From Mobula hypostoma (Eukaryota), in the NCBI RefSeq assembly GCF_963921235.1, contig NC_086108.1, forward strand, positions 2,604,001 to 2,668,000: a stretch of DNA of 64,000 nucleotides, given 5' to 3'. A model generated the notes under the pieces. It made no database searches. It was not told the origin of the DNA and saw only the letters and a program-made list of their open reading frames with translations. Numbering within the stretch: the stretch's first letter is position 1; each line of letters starts with the position of its first letter. A program made the position numbers and the translations under genes. Positions 23,560 to 36,919 of the stretch are shown one piece after another.

Positions 23560-25210
23560 ACTCGTGAGGTGGCCATGCAATGTAATGTGGTGTTGACAAA
23601 ACTTGAGTCTTTAAGGCACCAGCTGTGTATTGTTGCCAGTTTCTGGTTGTTATTCCTGATCGGTTTGTTTAATCCCTGTTATTTTCTGTGCTTCCTTTCC
23701 CCACCTATTGTGCTGGTGTCACAGACAGACCTCGATGTCAGCTGGTGCTCCGCACCTGGAATCGAGAGAGCTGAGGCTGCCTTTGTCTCTGACTCTCACC
23801 CGGCCACCGAATGCTCTCCACGTCTCTCGCACCTGCAGACTGCTTTCAGCTCTCAGTCCCGTTGATGCGGGTCGGAGTGCTGCAGCAGAGGGACAGACAC
23901 CTGTCGGTCATGAACGGTTATTCCGCCTCGTCCTATCGACCCACACCCGGACCACCGTCCGTGTAACCCTCTCATCCAAACTTCTCTTAAATGTTACAAT
24001 CCAGCCCGCCTCCACCACTCATTCCGTGCTCCTACCACTGGGTGAAAAGATTAAAGATTACCTTTTATTTGTCACACGTACACAGAAACGTCAGCGACCA
24101 ACACAGGCTGGAGGCGGGCTGCCATGTTTCTGACTCCAACATAGAGTGCCCACAACTCACTAGCCTTAACCAGTACATCTTTGGACAGTGGGACAAAACC
24201 CACTCGGTCATAGGAAGAATGTATCGACTCCTTATGGACAGCAACAGGATTTGAACCCTGATCTTTCAGTTACTGGCACTGTAAAACATTAGACTAACTG
24301 CTATCCATGTTTCCCCCTCAGATGCCCCTTAAATAAGGATCAACCATGATGAAATGGCGGAGTAGACTTGATGGGCCGGATAGCCTAAATGAGGTTTCAC
24401 CCTTAACCTATGACCTCTCGTTCCAGTCTCACCCAGCCTCAGTGGAAAAAGCCTGCTTGCATTCACCCTATCTATACCCCTCATGATATTGGAAGGCAAT
24501 TTTAGACCCATTTAGAGCAATCCCAGTGCACGCTTCACTGGGATTGTTTGGGTCTCCAGCTGGTGGACAGGAAGTAAGGTTAAGTGTTTATCTCCTGTGT
24601 TGACACGAAAGTACCAGGAAGGGGAAAGCTTGGCAGGGTTGAAATAATGGGCGGGGTATAAATAGGATAAATGCAACTAGGTCCTTCTCCCCCCCCCCCC
24701 CCACCCCCACGAGGTTGAATGGGACTACAACTAGAGGTCATGGGTTAAAGGTGAAAGGTTTAAGGGGAACTTGAGCGGAACTTCACTCAGAGGGTGGTGA
24801 GAGTGTGGAACGAGCTGCCTGTGTAAGTGTTGCATGCAGGCTCGATTTCAATGTTTAAGAGCAGTTTGGACGGGCACGTGGATGGTAGGGGTATGGGGGT
24901 CGATGGGAGGAGGCTGTTTAAGTGGACTAGGTGGGCAAAGGGCCTGTTTCCGTCCTGCAGTTTTCCATGACTCTCTGATGGAGTGGACCAGGGAGTTGTG
25001 TAGGGAATGGCTCCTTGGGGATGCTAAAAATAGAGGGGAGACATATCAGCTGGGGCATTCTCGTTGTAAGTGGCTAAAGTGAACTATTTTGACAAATCCA
25101 GCTTCTGATAAACCACAGGCAGTGTGAACTAGCTGTATTCTTGTGACCTCCTGGGTGATCCCAAAGTACTTGTAATGTGGCTTTCCTTAGCCCAGTGAGA
25201 TCCAGCCAAT

Positions 25211-25850
25211 CATAGAAACATAGAAAACCTACAGCACAATACAGGCCCTTCGGCCCACAAAGCTGTGCCAAACATGTACTTATCTTAGAAATTACCTTGG
25301 GTTACCCATAGCCCTCTATTTTTCAGAGCTCCATGGACCCACTCAGGAAGACCCTATCGTTTCTGCCTCCAACCACCAACGCTGGCAGCCCATTCCACAC
25401 ACTCACCACACTCTGTGTTTTTAAAAAAAAACTTGCCCCTGATATCTCCTCTGTGCCTACTTCTAAGCACCTTAAAACCGTGCCCTCTCGTGCTAACCAT
25501 TTCGGCCCTGGGAAAAAGCCTTTGACTATCCACACGATCAGTGCCTCTCATCATCTTATACACCTCTATCAGGTCACCTCTCATCCTCTGCTGCTCCAAG
25601 GAGAAAAGGCTGAGTTCACTCAACCTGTTTTCATAAGACATGCTCCCCAATCCAGGCAACATCCTTGTAAATCTCCTCTGCACCCTTTCTATGGTTTCCA
25701 CATCCTTCCTGTAGTGAGGTGACCAGAACTGAGCACAGTACTCCAAGTGGGGTCTGACCAGGGTCCTATGTAGCTGCAACATTACCTCTCGGCTCTTAAA
25801 GTCAATCCCACGGTTGATGAAGGCCATTGCACCGTATGCTGCCTTAATCA
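25211..25850 (-). mobile_element. CR1 3' part
   Basis: (catagaaa)n tail. ORF 25354-25974 LVRPHLEYCAQFWSPHYRKD...RMRGDLIEVYK. Confidence 0.9.
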
Positions 25851-26314
25851 TGCCTCTCCATTTGCACCAGTCCATATTCTCCCAAGGGGAGAGGTTGCTG
25901 CAGCTTTTTACAGTAGCTGGCTGTAAGATCGGGGGTTCGATTCCCACCAGCAGGGTTTCCTTTGGGTGCTCCAATTTCCTCCCATCTCCCAGAGACGTAC
26001 AGGTTATGGTTTGTGAGCTGTGGGCATGCTACGTTGGTGGCAGAAGTGTGCCGACATTCGTGGGCTGTACCACCCCCCACCCACAATACAATTCTTGCTG
26101 ATTTGCTTTGATGGAACAGTAATTAGTCGGTGTCAGTACACTTTTCAGTACAGGTGACCCGGGTTCAATCCCCAGGGCTGTCTGTGAGCAATTCTCTCAC
26201 TCTCCCCGTGACCACGTTGGGGTCTCCTCTGAGTACTCTAGTTCCCCTCTCAGTCCAAAGACCTACCAGTTGGTAGGTTAATTCTAAATTGTCCTGTGAT
26301 TGGGCTAGGGTTAA

Positions 26315-26990
26315 GACCATAAGATATAGGAGCAGAATTAGGCCATTTGGTCCATCGAGTCTGTTCTCATTGCATCATGACTGATCCATTTTCCCCCTCA
26401 GCCCCAATTTCCCGTGTTCTCCCCGTGTTCTCCCCGTGTTCTCTTCATGCCCTGACTAATCAAGAATCTATCAACTTCTGCCTTAAATATACCCAATGAT
26501 TTGGCCTCCACAGCCGCCTGTGGCAACAAATTCCACAGATTCACCACCCTCTGGCTAAAGAAGTGCCTTCTAATCTCCTTTCTAAGAGGACCCCTCTCCA
26601 TCATGAGGCTGTGTCCTCTGGTGCTAGATGCTCCCACCATAGGAAACATCCTCTCTGTATCCTCTCCGTTAAGACTTTTCGATAGATTTAAATTAGATCA
26701 CCCCTCACTCTTCTGAATTCCGGTGAATACTGACCCAGAGCCATCAAACGCTCCTCATATGACAAGCCATTCAATCCTGGACTCATTTTCATGAGCCTCC
26801 TTTGAACCCTCTCCTGTTTCTAAGATAGGGGCCCAGAACTGCTCACAGTACTCCGAGCGAGGCCTCACCAGTGCCTTCTAAAGCCCTCAGCATTAAATCC
26901 CTGCCTTTTTTTATTCTCGGCTTCTCGAAATGACGCTAACATTGCATTTGCCTTCCTCACCACTGACTCAACCTGCAAATTAACCTTTAA
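26315..26990 (-). mobile_element. CR1 3' part
   Basis: ORF 26398-26649 FPMVGASSTRGH...FFSQRVVNLWNLLP. Confidence 0.85.
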
Positions 26991-27431
26991 AGTGCGGGAT
27001 TGGTGGGCTGCATGGCTCGAAGGACTGACTCTGCACTGTATCTCGAAACAAAATGCCATCCTCGCTTAGATGTACAAATGATAAATAAAGATGAAAGATG
27101 AGTTTATGTACTCTACCACTCACTCACGCTGAGAGTAATTTACTGTGGCCAATTAACCAACCAACCCACCCACGTGTGGGAGGAAACTGGAGCACCCATG
27201 GTCAGAGCACCCATACCAAGGTCGATGTCCCTGAAATTGTGAGGCAGCAGCTCTTCTGGTCGTGTCACAGTGTTGACAGTTTTGGAATATTCTGAGTCTC
27301 TGTCCCTTGTCCTACTAGAGCAGGGGTTCCCAACCCTCTTTATGCCATGGACCGATGCCATTAAGCAAGGAGTCTGTGGACACCAGCGAGGGAGCTCCTG
27401 TTCCAGACATTGTCTCGCACAAAACACTGAT

Positions 27432-27625
27432 TACATTCTACTTCCAATTAGTGGCCACCCATTTTAATTCTACTTCCCATTCTGATTCTGACGTGTCAGT
27501 CCGTGACCACCTCTACTGCAGCGATGATGAGGCCACGCTCAGGTTGGAGAGCAACACCTCATATTCCATATGGTTACTCTCCAACCGGATATGTATATTG
27601 GTTTCTCTAACTTCCGGTAAAATTT
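27432..27625 (+). mobile_element. Penelope-like GIY-YIG fragment (another near 17400-17510)
   Basis: VATHFNSTSHSDSDVSV..LYCSDDEATLRLE, homologous to the element at 15426-16676. Confidence 0.75.
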
Positions 27626-27936
27626 TCACCCTCCCACTTCTAACTGTTTCCATTTCCCCAATCTGGCTCTCTTCCCCCCCTCCTTCAAAGTTCAAATTCA
27701 AAGTAAATGTTATCAAAGTACACGTGTGACCATATAAAACCCTGACATCTGTTTTCTTGTGAGTATATGCAGTAAATCCAGGAAACACAGTAAAATCAAT
27801 GAAACAGGATGCGCAAACAACCAATATGCAAATACAAAGGAAGAAATAAATAAATAAGCAAGAAATATCAATAACATGAGTGATTAGTCTTTTAAAGTGA
27901 GTCCGTAGGTTGTGCGAACCGTTCAGTGATGGGCAG

Positions 27937-28686
27937 GTGAAGTTATCCCCTTTGGTTCAACAGCCTGATGGTTGAGGGGTAATAACTGTTCCTGAACCTG
28001 GTGGTGTGGGACCTGAGGCTCATTGTGGTGAGTGAAATTATCCACACTGGTTCAGGAGCCTGATGGTTGTGGGGTAATAATTGTTCCTGAACCTGGTGGT
28101 GTGGGACCTGAGGCTCATTGTGGTGAGTAAAGTTATCCACACTGGTTCAGGAGCCTGATGGTTGTGGGGTAATAACTGTTCCTGAACCTGGTGGTGTGGG
28201 ACCTGAGGCTCATTGTGGGGAGTGAAGTTATCCACACTGGTTCAGGAGCCTGATGGTTGTGGGGTAATAACTGTTCCTGAACCTGGTGGTGTGGGACCTG
28301 AGGCTCATTGTGGTGAGTGAAGTTATCCACACTGGTTCAGGAGCCTGATGGTTGTGGGGTAATAACTGTTCCTGAACCTGGTGGTGTGGGACCTGAGGCT
28401 CATTGTGGTGAGTGAAGTTATCCACACTGGTTCAGGAGCCTGATGGTTGTGGGGTAATAACTGTTCCTGAACCTGGTGGTGTGGGACCTGAGGCTCATTG
28501 TGGTGAGTGAAGTTATCCACACTGGTTCAGGAGCCTGATGGTTGTGGGGTAATAACTGTTCCTGAACCTGGCGGTGTGGGACCTGAGGCTCATTGTGGTG
28601 AGTGAAGTTATCCACACTGGTTCAGGAGCCTGATGGTTGTGGGGTAATAACTGTTCCTGAACCTGCTGGTGTGGGACCTGAGGCTC
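27937..28686. repeat. 95-bp minisatellite, about 7.9 near-identical copies, derived from a Rex1-like LINE end
   Basis: ORF track repeats every 95 nt. The unit encodes SHTTRFRNSYYPTTIRLLN on the minus strand. Confidence 0.95.
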
Positions 28687-30489
28687 CTGTTCCACCGTTC
28701 TGATGGCAGCAGCGAGAAGAGAGCACGTCCTGGGTGGTGGGGGTCCCTGATGATGGATGCTGCTTTCCTGCAACAGCGCTCCACGTGGATGTGCTCAGTG
28801 GTTCAATCTTGCCCCTTCTCTTCTGCTTACCTGCCGATCAGCTCCCTCTGGTGCCCCTGCTCCTTCCATTTCTCCCACTCAGATGTAAGAGGATTCTTCA
28901 CTGCTCTTTCTGTTGCTTTACCAGTCAGGGTGGTTAGCCCTGAGCTGAACCCCCCCGAACCAAGAGGACCATTGGACCACTCTTAGTCTGGCCTCTACCC
29001 TGTGACCAAAGCATAAAGCTCTTAATACAGCCAACATAGCTTTCCAGGTCATTGAGACACGCAAGACTCAAACCCGATGACAAGGTTGTGGTCCTCTTGG
29101 AGAAGGACAGGAGTGAGCAAGCAGAAAAGCCTGAGTTTGCGCAACCTGTCCTCATAAGTCACGCTCTCTTATCCAGGCAGCATCCTGCTGAATCTCTGCT
29201 GCACCCTCTCTAAAGCTTCCACATCCTTCCTATAGTGAGGCAACCAGAACTGTCACAATATTCCAAGTATTTCAGTGGAAAAAAACAGATAGACCTGCAG
29301 GCAAGGAATGAGAGGCGGTTTAATGGAGTTGTAAAGAACACTTTGGATCGGGGAGTTGTTCCCTACTCTCATATTTTCTTATTCCACGGATGGGCCATTT
29401 GGCCCCTTGGATCCATGACAGTTCTTGGGAACAGTCCCTATGCATACCAACAACTTTCCTGCATCCCAGGATAATATACAGCAGTCAGTGTATCTAGGGG
29501 CTGTGGAAGCAAACCAGAGCACCTGGGAGAAGCCTACACCCTCAGAGAACGTGCAAACTCCACACAGATAGTATTAGAGGTCAAAATCGAGCTGTCCTCT
29601 TCTGGAGCTGGGAGATGGCAGCATCCCTCTTGCACTGTGTTGTCATTTAATTAAAATACTCCCTGTCAGCACCTTCTGGGGGGCAGGGGGGGTGTTGTCT
29701 CTAAGTAACCAGACTTTGAAATCTTGCCTGCACTTGGTCCTCAATCACACCTTAGTTACTCAAGCACAAGGGGAACAGACTGGCTTCCGTCACCTGTCAC
29801 TAAACTTTTCTGGAGTTTTAACATAGAACAGTACAGGCCCTTCAGCTCACAATGTTGTTCTGTACTTTTAACCTACTCTAAGATCAGTCTAACCCTTCCC
29901 TCCTACGTAGCCCTCCATTTTTCTGTCATCCATGTGTCTATCTAAAAGTTTCTTAAATGTCCCTAATGTATCTGCCTCTACCACCACCCACCATTCTTTC
30001 AGTTTATATATTTTTTAAAATGACATTCCCCTCTCATGCATTCCTCCAATTACCACAAGTTGTGGCCCCCCATTGTAGCTGTTTCTGCCCTGGGGAAAAG
30101 GTCTCTGCCTGTCCACTCGATCTGAGCCTCTTATCATCTTGTATGTCTCTATCCAGTCACCTCTCAACCTCCTTCACTCTGAAGAGAAAAGCCCCAGCTT
30201 GCTCAGCCTCTCCTCACAAGACCTGCTCTCTAATCCAGACAGTAGCCTGGTAAATCTCCTCTGCACCCTCTCTAAAGCTTCCATATCCTTCCCATATTGA
30301 GGCGACCAGAACTGAACACAATACTCCAAGTGAACAAAGAAATGTATTTTTATACAAAAATGGATCAATTGGTAATCTTCAGAATCGGCTTTTAATAATA
30401 CTGGTATATGTCATGAGATTTGTGGTCTTTGTGGCAGCAATACATAATAATAGAAAAAAAAACTGGGAATTTGGGAATTACACTAAGTG

Positions 30490-32915
30490 TGTGTATGTAT
30501 GTGAGTATTTTTTTCTTGCCCCTTATGGGTGGTGTGATTGTGTGTTTTCCCTACCAGAGGCCTGGGAGCCTCAGGGTTCAGTGCAGTATGCTTGCTGTTC
30601 CCAGTGGTGTGTTTTTCTGGACCTGGATCTCAGATATTGTTCCCAGGATTTGTTGGAGCCGCTCCCCCGGTCCAGGTGTAATAGCCCAAAGTGCTCCTAT
30701 CACTATCGGGATTACTCTGGCTTTAACTTTCTGTACCCTTTCCATCTTCTCTTTCAAGCCCTGATATTTCTCCAGCTTCTTGTTCTTTCTTCCTGATGTT
30801 ACTGTCATTTGGGATTGACGTGTCCATTACTATTGCTTTCTTCTTGTTCCTTGTCTGGTTGGTTGGCCAGTAACTGCTTGTTAGTCTGTATTTGGAAGTC
30901 CCACAGGATCGTGGCTCTGTCATTCTCCACGACCTCCTCGGGTGTTTCCCATTTCGACTTGGGAGTGTCCAATCCATAGTCAGTGCAGATGTTCCTGTAC
31001 ACGATTCCTACAACTTGGTTGTGCTGTTCTGTGTGTGCTCTCCCTGCCTGTATCTTGTACCCTGCTACTATGTGCGAGATGGTTTCAGCTGATCCTTTGC
31101 ACAGTCTGCATCCTGGGTCTTGTCTGGTGTGATAGACCCCTGCTTTTACTGCTCAGCACCTGTTCTGGTGCAGCCACGAGCAGCACCTCTGCTGTCCCTG
31201 AGCCCTGCCATTTCCAGCCACTAGTAGGGCTTTCTTATGTCAGCCGCCTCTGATATCTGGTGGTGGGACATCCCATGCAGTGTACTGTCCTGCCATGGCC
31301 TCTGATCCTCTCACAGTTTCACTCACTCCCATTTCCATGCCCACTGCCTGCTATCTGAGGTATTCTCCTAGCAGGTCATCCTTGGGGGGAGGGGGAGGGC
31401 ATCTTCCTGATGTTTCACATTTCTTCCAGGACTGTGGCCTTGACACTTCCAAGTCCTCATCCTCCTTAATTCTGATGGGTGTATAGTCACTCGACATTGG
31501 ACTTTGGATGGAATCCTCCATTTATTGTTAGTAATTTCCGGGTCTTGATGTCAGCAGCTTCCAGTTCGTTCCTCGGCCACTGCACTATTTCGGCTGAGTA
31601 TCTGATGACTGGTAGGGCGAATGTGTTGCTGGCTCTGATCTTGTTCTTCCTATTCAGCTGGCTTTTTAGGACCTGTCTCACTCTTTGGAGGTACTTGGAT
31701 GTTGCAGCCTTCCTTCATTATGAGTACCGTCCTTTCTTCAGACCTGCTTCAAGTAGCTGGTTCAGTTGAGTTGCCAGCCATGTATATAATGCTGTTAGTT
31801 TCTTCAGCCAATAGGTGTGGATCATGTCAGGCCCTGGTGATATCCAGCTCTTCCCACTTGCTAATCATTGCTGGACATCTCCTGCTGTGATGGAGACTGG
31901 TTCTTCTGAGAGGTTGCACAGGCTTGCTTGTAGGTCTTCCAGCCATTGGGCACTGGTGTTTTGTGATCCCATACACTCTTCCAGTATTCCTCAGTTGCAG
32001 TCTTGGTTGGTTCAAGTACTGGCGTGTTGTTGCTCTGGATCAGTGCGAATACTTTTCCTGGTTCTTTGGAGAAGAATGCATTTATTCACTTGGCCTCTGC
32101 ATGTTTGGTGTACCTCTGTAGTCTGGCAGCCAGAGATGTTAACTGTTGCTTAGCAGTTTCCAGGGCTTCAGCTATGGACAGCTCTCTACTTCCTTAGTAG
32201 CCAAGATGAGTCTTTGGTCTTTCCACCCTCTGCAGCTCAGTTAGTCTGCTGAGCTCCACCCTTGTGGGTTTCATCTTGGCTTCCAATTATTGTCTTCGGG
32301 GATATACTGTACTCTCCACTGTAACTCATTTTGTAGCCCAGCAGCTCAAGGACTGCTGCCGATGCATGTATCAGGGTTACTGGTCTCAGTCATGTTGGAG
32401 GTTGCAGTGGTGAGTTGTGGTTCATTGGGTGCTTCCAGCATGCTGTCTGGTGGAACCTAGTTCATTGATTGACAGTGGCCAGTTCAGCTCTGATCTCCTC
32501 TCTGATTACAGCATTCAGCGTCAGTGTGCCTGCAGGTGAGGTTCGAACTCGCATTTCCCGTGTACAAAGTGATGTTATTACCTTTGCGCCGTCTGTGAGT
32601 TGTGGGGGTGGGGTTTGAACTCGTGTTCCCCGATGGGCTCAGTTCTGCGGTGATGTTGCTGTGGTGCATTGTGATTGTCTGTCTTCCAATTCAAGATGTG
32701 ATAGTGATCCTCTGCTGACAATGTTTGATTGCTGGGTGACTAGTTGTTTATCCGTCAATGTGGATGACGGTCTTCGTTGTGCCAGAGTCCCCACATGCAC
32801 TTGATGTATCCGGTTCCATGTGCATTCCATTAATTCCATGTTGTCTAGTCTCATCCATTTATGGTTTGTTCCGGCAGCCAGTTTCTCACCAGATGGTCCC
32901 AGTTCCCTAACCATA
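30490..32915 (-). mobile_element. R4/Dong (Rex6-like) non-LTR retrotransposon remnant, RT largely deleted
   Basis: CRLCKGSAETISHIVAG...HNQVVGIVYRNIC zinc-knuckle region, restriction-like endonuclease region ILWDFQIQTNKQLLANQPD, and RQVLKSQLNRKNKIRASNTFALPVIRY. Confidence 0.82.
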
Positions 32916-33799
32916 AAATAAACAGTTCAATAGCGAGTGCAAAAAGCAGAAAAGAATAAAAAAATTAGTGAGGTAGTGTTCATGGGTTCAATGTCCATTC
33001 AGAAATCAGGCTGTTCCTGAATCATTGAGTTTGTGCCTTCAGGCTCCTGTACCTCCTCCCTGATGGTAGCAATGAGGAGAGGGCATGTCCTGGGAAATGG
33101 GGGTCCTTAATGATGGATGTGGCCTTTCTGAGGTATTGCTCCTTGAAGTTGATCTGGATGTTACACTGGCTAGTATCTATGATGGAGCTGACTAAGTTTA
33201 CAACTCTGCAGCTTATTTCAACCCTGTGCAGTAGCCCCCTCCCCTGCCCCCTATACCAGGCGGTGATGCAGCCAGTCAGAATGCTCCCTACATCACATCT
33301 GCAGAAATTTTCAAGTGACTTTGTGACATACCAAATCTTCTCAAACTCCTAATGAAATACCATATATCTGCTGTCGTGCCTTCTTTGTAACTGCGTCAAT
33401 ATGTTGGGTCCAGGTCAGAACCTCAGACACCTTGACATGCAGGAACTTGAAATTGCTCACTCTCTCCACTTCTGATCCCTCTGAGGACTGGTGTGTGTTC
33501 CCAGATTTTGCCCTTTCTGATGCCTACAATCAGTGCTTTGGTCTTGCTGACTTAAATCTTAAATAAGATCTTGAGGATGTGCAAATTCCTTATTTGCATG
33601 ATCAATCACCAATCGCATTATGATAATACAAGTATTAATAGCCAATAGAATCCCCATGTTAAAGGCCAGTAAGATTCGAGAATTAGTAAAGTAACTGGCC
33701 AACAGTAAATGTCACCCTTGTTTGCATCTTTGTGCTAAGTGTCACTGGTCCCCTGCTGTGGAAAGACCTCAGGCACAACAAACTTACACACCGGCTTTG

Positions 33800-34290
33800 T
33801 GGCAAAAAAAAACACAACAGCGTCTCTTCCACCTCAGGCGACTGAGGAAGTTTGGCATGAGCCCCCAGATCCTCAAGACCTTCTCCAGGGGCACCACTGG
33901 GAGCATCCTGACTGGCTGTATCACTGCCTGGTACGGGAACTGCACCAACTTTGATCGCTGGGCACTGCAGAGAGTGGTACGGACAGCCCAGAGCGTCTGT
34001 GGATGTGAACTTCCCTCCATTGAGGACATTTACAGCAGCAGGTGCAGAAAGAAGGCCTGGAAGGTCATCGGGGACACCAGTCACCTCAACCATAAACTGT
34101 TTCAGCTGCTTCCGTCTGGCAAACAGTACCACAGCATTAAACCCAGGGCTAACAAGCTGTGGGACAACTTCTTTCCACAAGCCATTGGACTTTTAAATTC
34201 ACATGTCTGTTCATTGCGATGGAGTTATAATGCAAAGATTTTCACTCCCTCACGTTGTGGGATGGATGTAAGATTTAAATTAATTCTAAT
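33800..34290 (+). mobile_element. Rex1/Babar-like LINE 3' fragment
   Basis: QQRLFHLRRLRKFG...GSILTGCITAWYGNC...FQLLPSGK...NFFPQAI. Confidence 0.85.
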
Positions 34291-34829
34291 TCTCTCCTTG
34301 TTTTTTTGAGTTTTTTTTGTAGCACATACATCAAAGCAGACAGCGACCAACACAGTCCGGGGATGTGCTAGGGACAGCCTGCAGGTGTTGTCATGGTTCC
34401 TGTGCCAGGACTTACTAACTCCAACCCGATCGTGTTTGGAACGTGGGAGGTACCCGCAGGAGACCCACGCGGCCACGGGGAGAACGTGCAAACTCCTTAC
34501 AGACAGTGGCAGGAATTGAACCCGGATCACTGGCTCTGTAAAGCATTGCATTACATTCTGTGTGACCTTGATGACCCGCATTATCTGTAAACTATTACTT
34601 GCCTGGGTATTACCTTAGCCTTTGCCCTGCTACTACCTCCTCAGTGTGGGATTGAAGTGATGGGCAAAAGGATGTGGACGGACGAAGGTTTGACCTGCTG
34701 GTTCTGTGCCACCCGGTCAAGTAATTCCACAGACAATTAAAAGAAACTGGAAGGCAGAATATGCGTGAGGTACGGGATGGAATCCGGTGTGCTGTCTGCT
34801 GCCGTAGCCCACCCACTTCACGGTCGTTC

Positions 34830-35785
34830 AGTGATGCTCCTCTGCACACCACTGTTGAAACGTGATTATTTGAGTTACTCTCACCTTCCCGTTAGTTTGA
34901 ACCAGTCTGGCCATTCTCTTCTGAGCCTCTTGTTAACAGAACTACTCACTGAATGTTTTTTTTTGGTTTTTCACACCATACTTTGTAAACTCTACAGACT
35001 GTTAAACATAGAACATAGAGCACAGCACAGAAACAGGCCCTTTAGCCCACAACGTTGTGCCAAGCAAGCTAAAAAGCAAAGCAAAAAAAATCTTCCTCAT
35101 ATCCATGAGCTTATCCAAGCATCTCTTAAAAGCCCCTAATGTATCTGCCTCTACCACCAGACCAGGCAGCACATTTCAGGCATCCACCACTCTGAGTAAA
35201 AAAACTTACCCCTCACATCCCCCTTGAACCTACCCCCACCTCCCTCACCTTCAATGCATGCCCTCTGGTATTAGACATTTCTACCCTGGGAAACAGATAC
35301 TCTCTGTCCACTCGATCTGCCTCTCTTAATCTTGTATAAACCTCTGTCAGATCTCCCCTCAGCCTCTGACACTCCAGAGAAAACAACCCAAGTTTATCCA
35401 GCCTCTCGTGATAGCACACGCTCTCTAAACCAGGCAGCATCCTGGTAAACCTCTCCTGCACCCTCCCCAAAGCCTCAACATCCTTCCTATAGTGGAGCGA
35501 CCAGAACTGTACACAATACTCCAGATTGGACCTAACCAGAGTTTTATAAGTTTGCAACATAACCTCTTGACTTTTGTACTCAATGCCTTGACTAAAAGCA
35601 AGCATTCTGTAAGCTGCCTTAACCACCCTATCCAACTGTGTAGATACTTTCAAGGAGCTATGAACTTGGATCTCAAGATGTCTCTGCTGAGTGACACTGT
35701 TGTGCGTGAAAATCTCAGGAGATACTCAAACCACCCCATCTGGCACCAACAATTGTATTATGGTCAAAGTCCCAGATAATATTTC
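34830..35785 (-). mobile_element. Tc1-like remnant split by a CR1 3' insertion (35004-35695)
   Basis: Tc1 sequence resumes across the CR1. Duplicated actgtt at 34998-35003 and 35696-35701. CR1 ORF 35213-35653. Confidence 0.8.
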
Positions 35786-36919
35786 TTCCCCAGCCTGGGT
35801 GCTGCATAGCCTTCTCCTTGATGAGCAGCGTGGGTGGGTGGGGTGACGTGACGTGATGTTGCTGCCCTTTTTTGGCATCTTTCTGTATAGATGGCGGGTA
35901 GGCTGGCACTGATGAAGTGTTGGGAAGTTTTGACCTCTCGTTGTACAGCCGTCCTGTCTGCCACAGTGTAGTTTCCGTGCTATGCAGTGATGCAGCTTGT
36001 TGGGATGTTCCCTCCTGCCCATCTGTGAATGTTATCAACGGATCAGGAAAACGGAGGCAAGGAATCAGGGAACCCAATGAACGGTGGATTAAGCGTGATG
36101 GGTCAATAGAGTATTCTTGTTCATGTATCTAATGTTCCTTACATAAAGGTTTTCTTTTAATGAGCGTTTGTGACTTAAACAAGGATGTGATGCTAAGGCT
36201 TTACAACGTGCTGGTGAGGCCTCATTTGGAGTATTATCAGCTGTTATCTAGGCTGTTATCTAAGAAATGATGTGCTGACATTGGAGGTTCATGAAAATGA
36301 TTCTGGGAATAAAAGACTTGTCATATGAGGCGCGTTTGATGGCTCTGGGCCTGTACTCACTGGAACTCAGAAGGGGATCTCATTGAAACCTACTGGATAC
36401 TGAAAGGCCTCGCGAGAGTGGATGTTTCCTACAGTGGAGGGAGTCTAAGAGTGGAGGGAGTCTAAGACCGGAGGGTACAACCTCAGAATAGAGAGATGTC
36501 CTTTTAGAAGGGAGATGAGAAATTTCTTTAGGCAGAGAGTGGCAAATCTGTGGAATTCGTTGCCTCTGGAGGCCAAGTCATTGGGTGTATTTAAGGCGGG
36601 GGGTTGCTAACTTTTTGATTAGTAAGACTGTGAAAGAATGGGCTTGAGGGGGAAGTAGATCAGCCATGATGAAACAGCAGAGCAGACACGATGGGCCAAA
36701 TGGCCTAATTCTGCTCACATGTCTTTTTGGTATTGGTCCTGCTTGTCTGCAAGAAACTAGGGCCTTAACGTGTACAATGCAGGGAGAGTGTGGGCATTGG
36801 AGTAAGGGTAAAGGATGGGACTGATAAAATTCCTCTACCGGGTACTAAGAGAGTGTAAACGGGGTGAATAGTCACCCCAGACCACAACAGTTCTCTACTG
36901 ATTCTGAGAGTTCTCAGAA

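Noticed and set aside
23488..24133. ORFs of 125-141 aa in a semi-unique region
   Set aside because: No recognisable domain, no convincing splice-site pair, and partial overlap with repeat remnants.
27943..28773. Series of near-identical 65-aa ORFs resembling a peptide gene array
   Set aside because: Artefact of the 95-bp tandem repeat derived from a LINE end.
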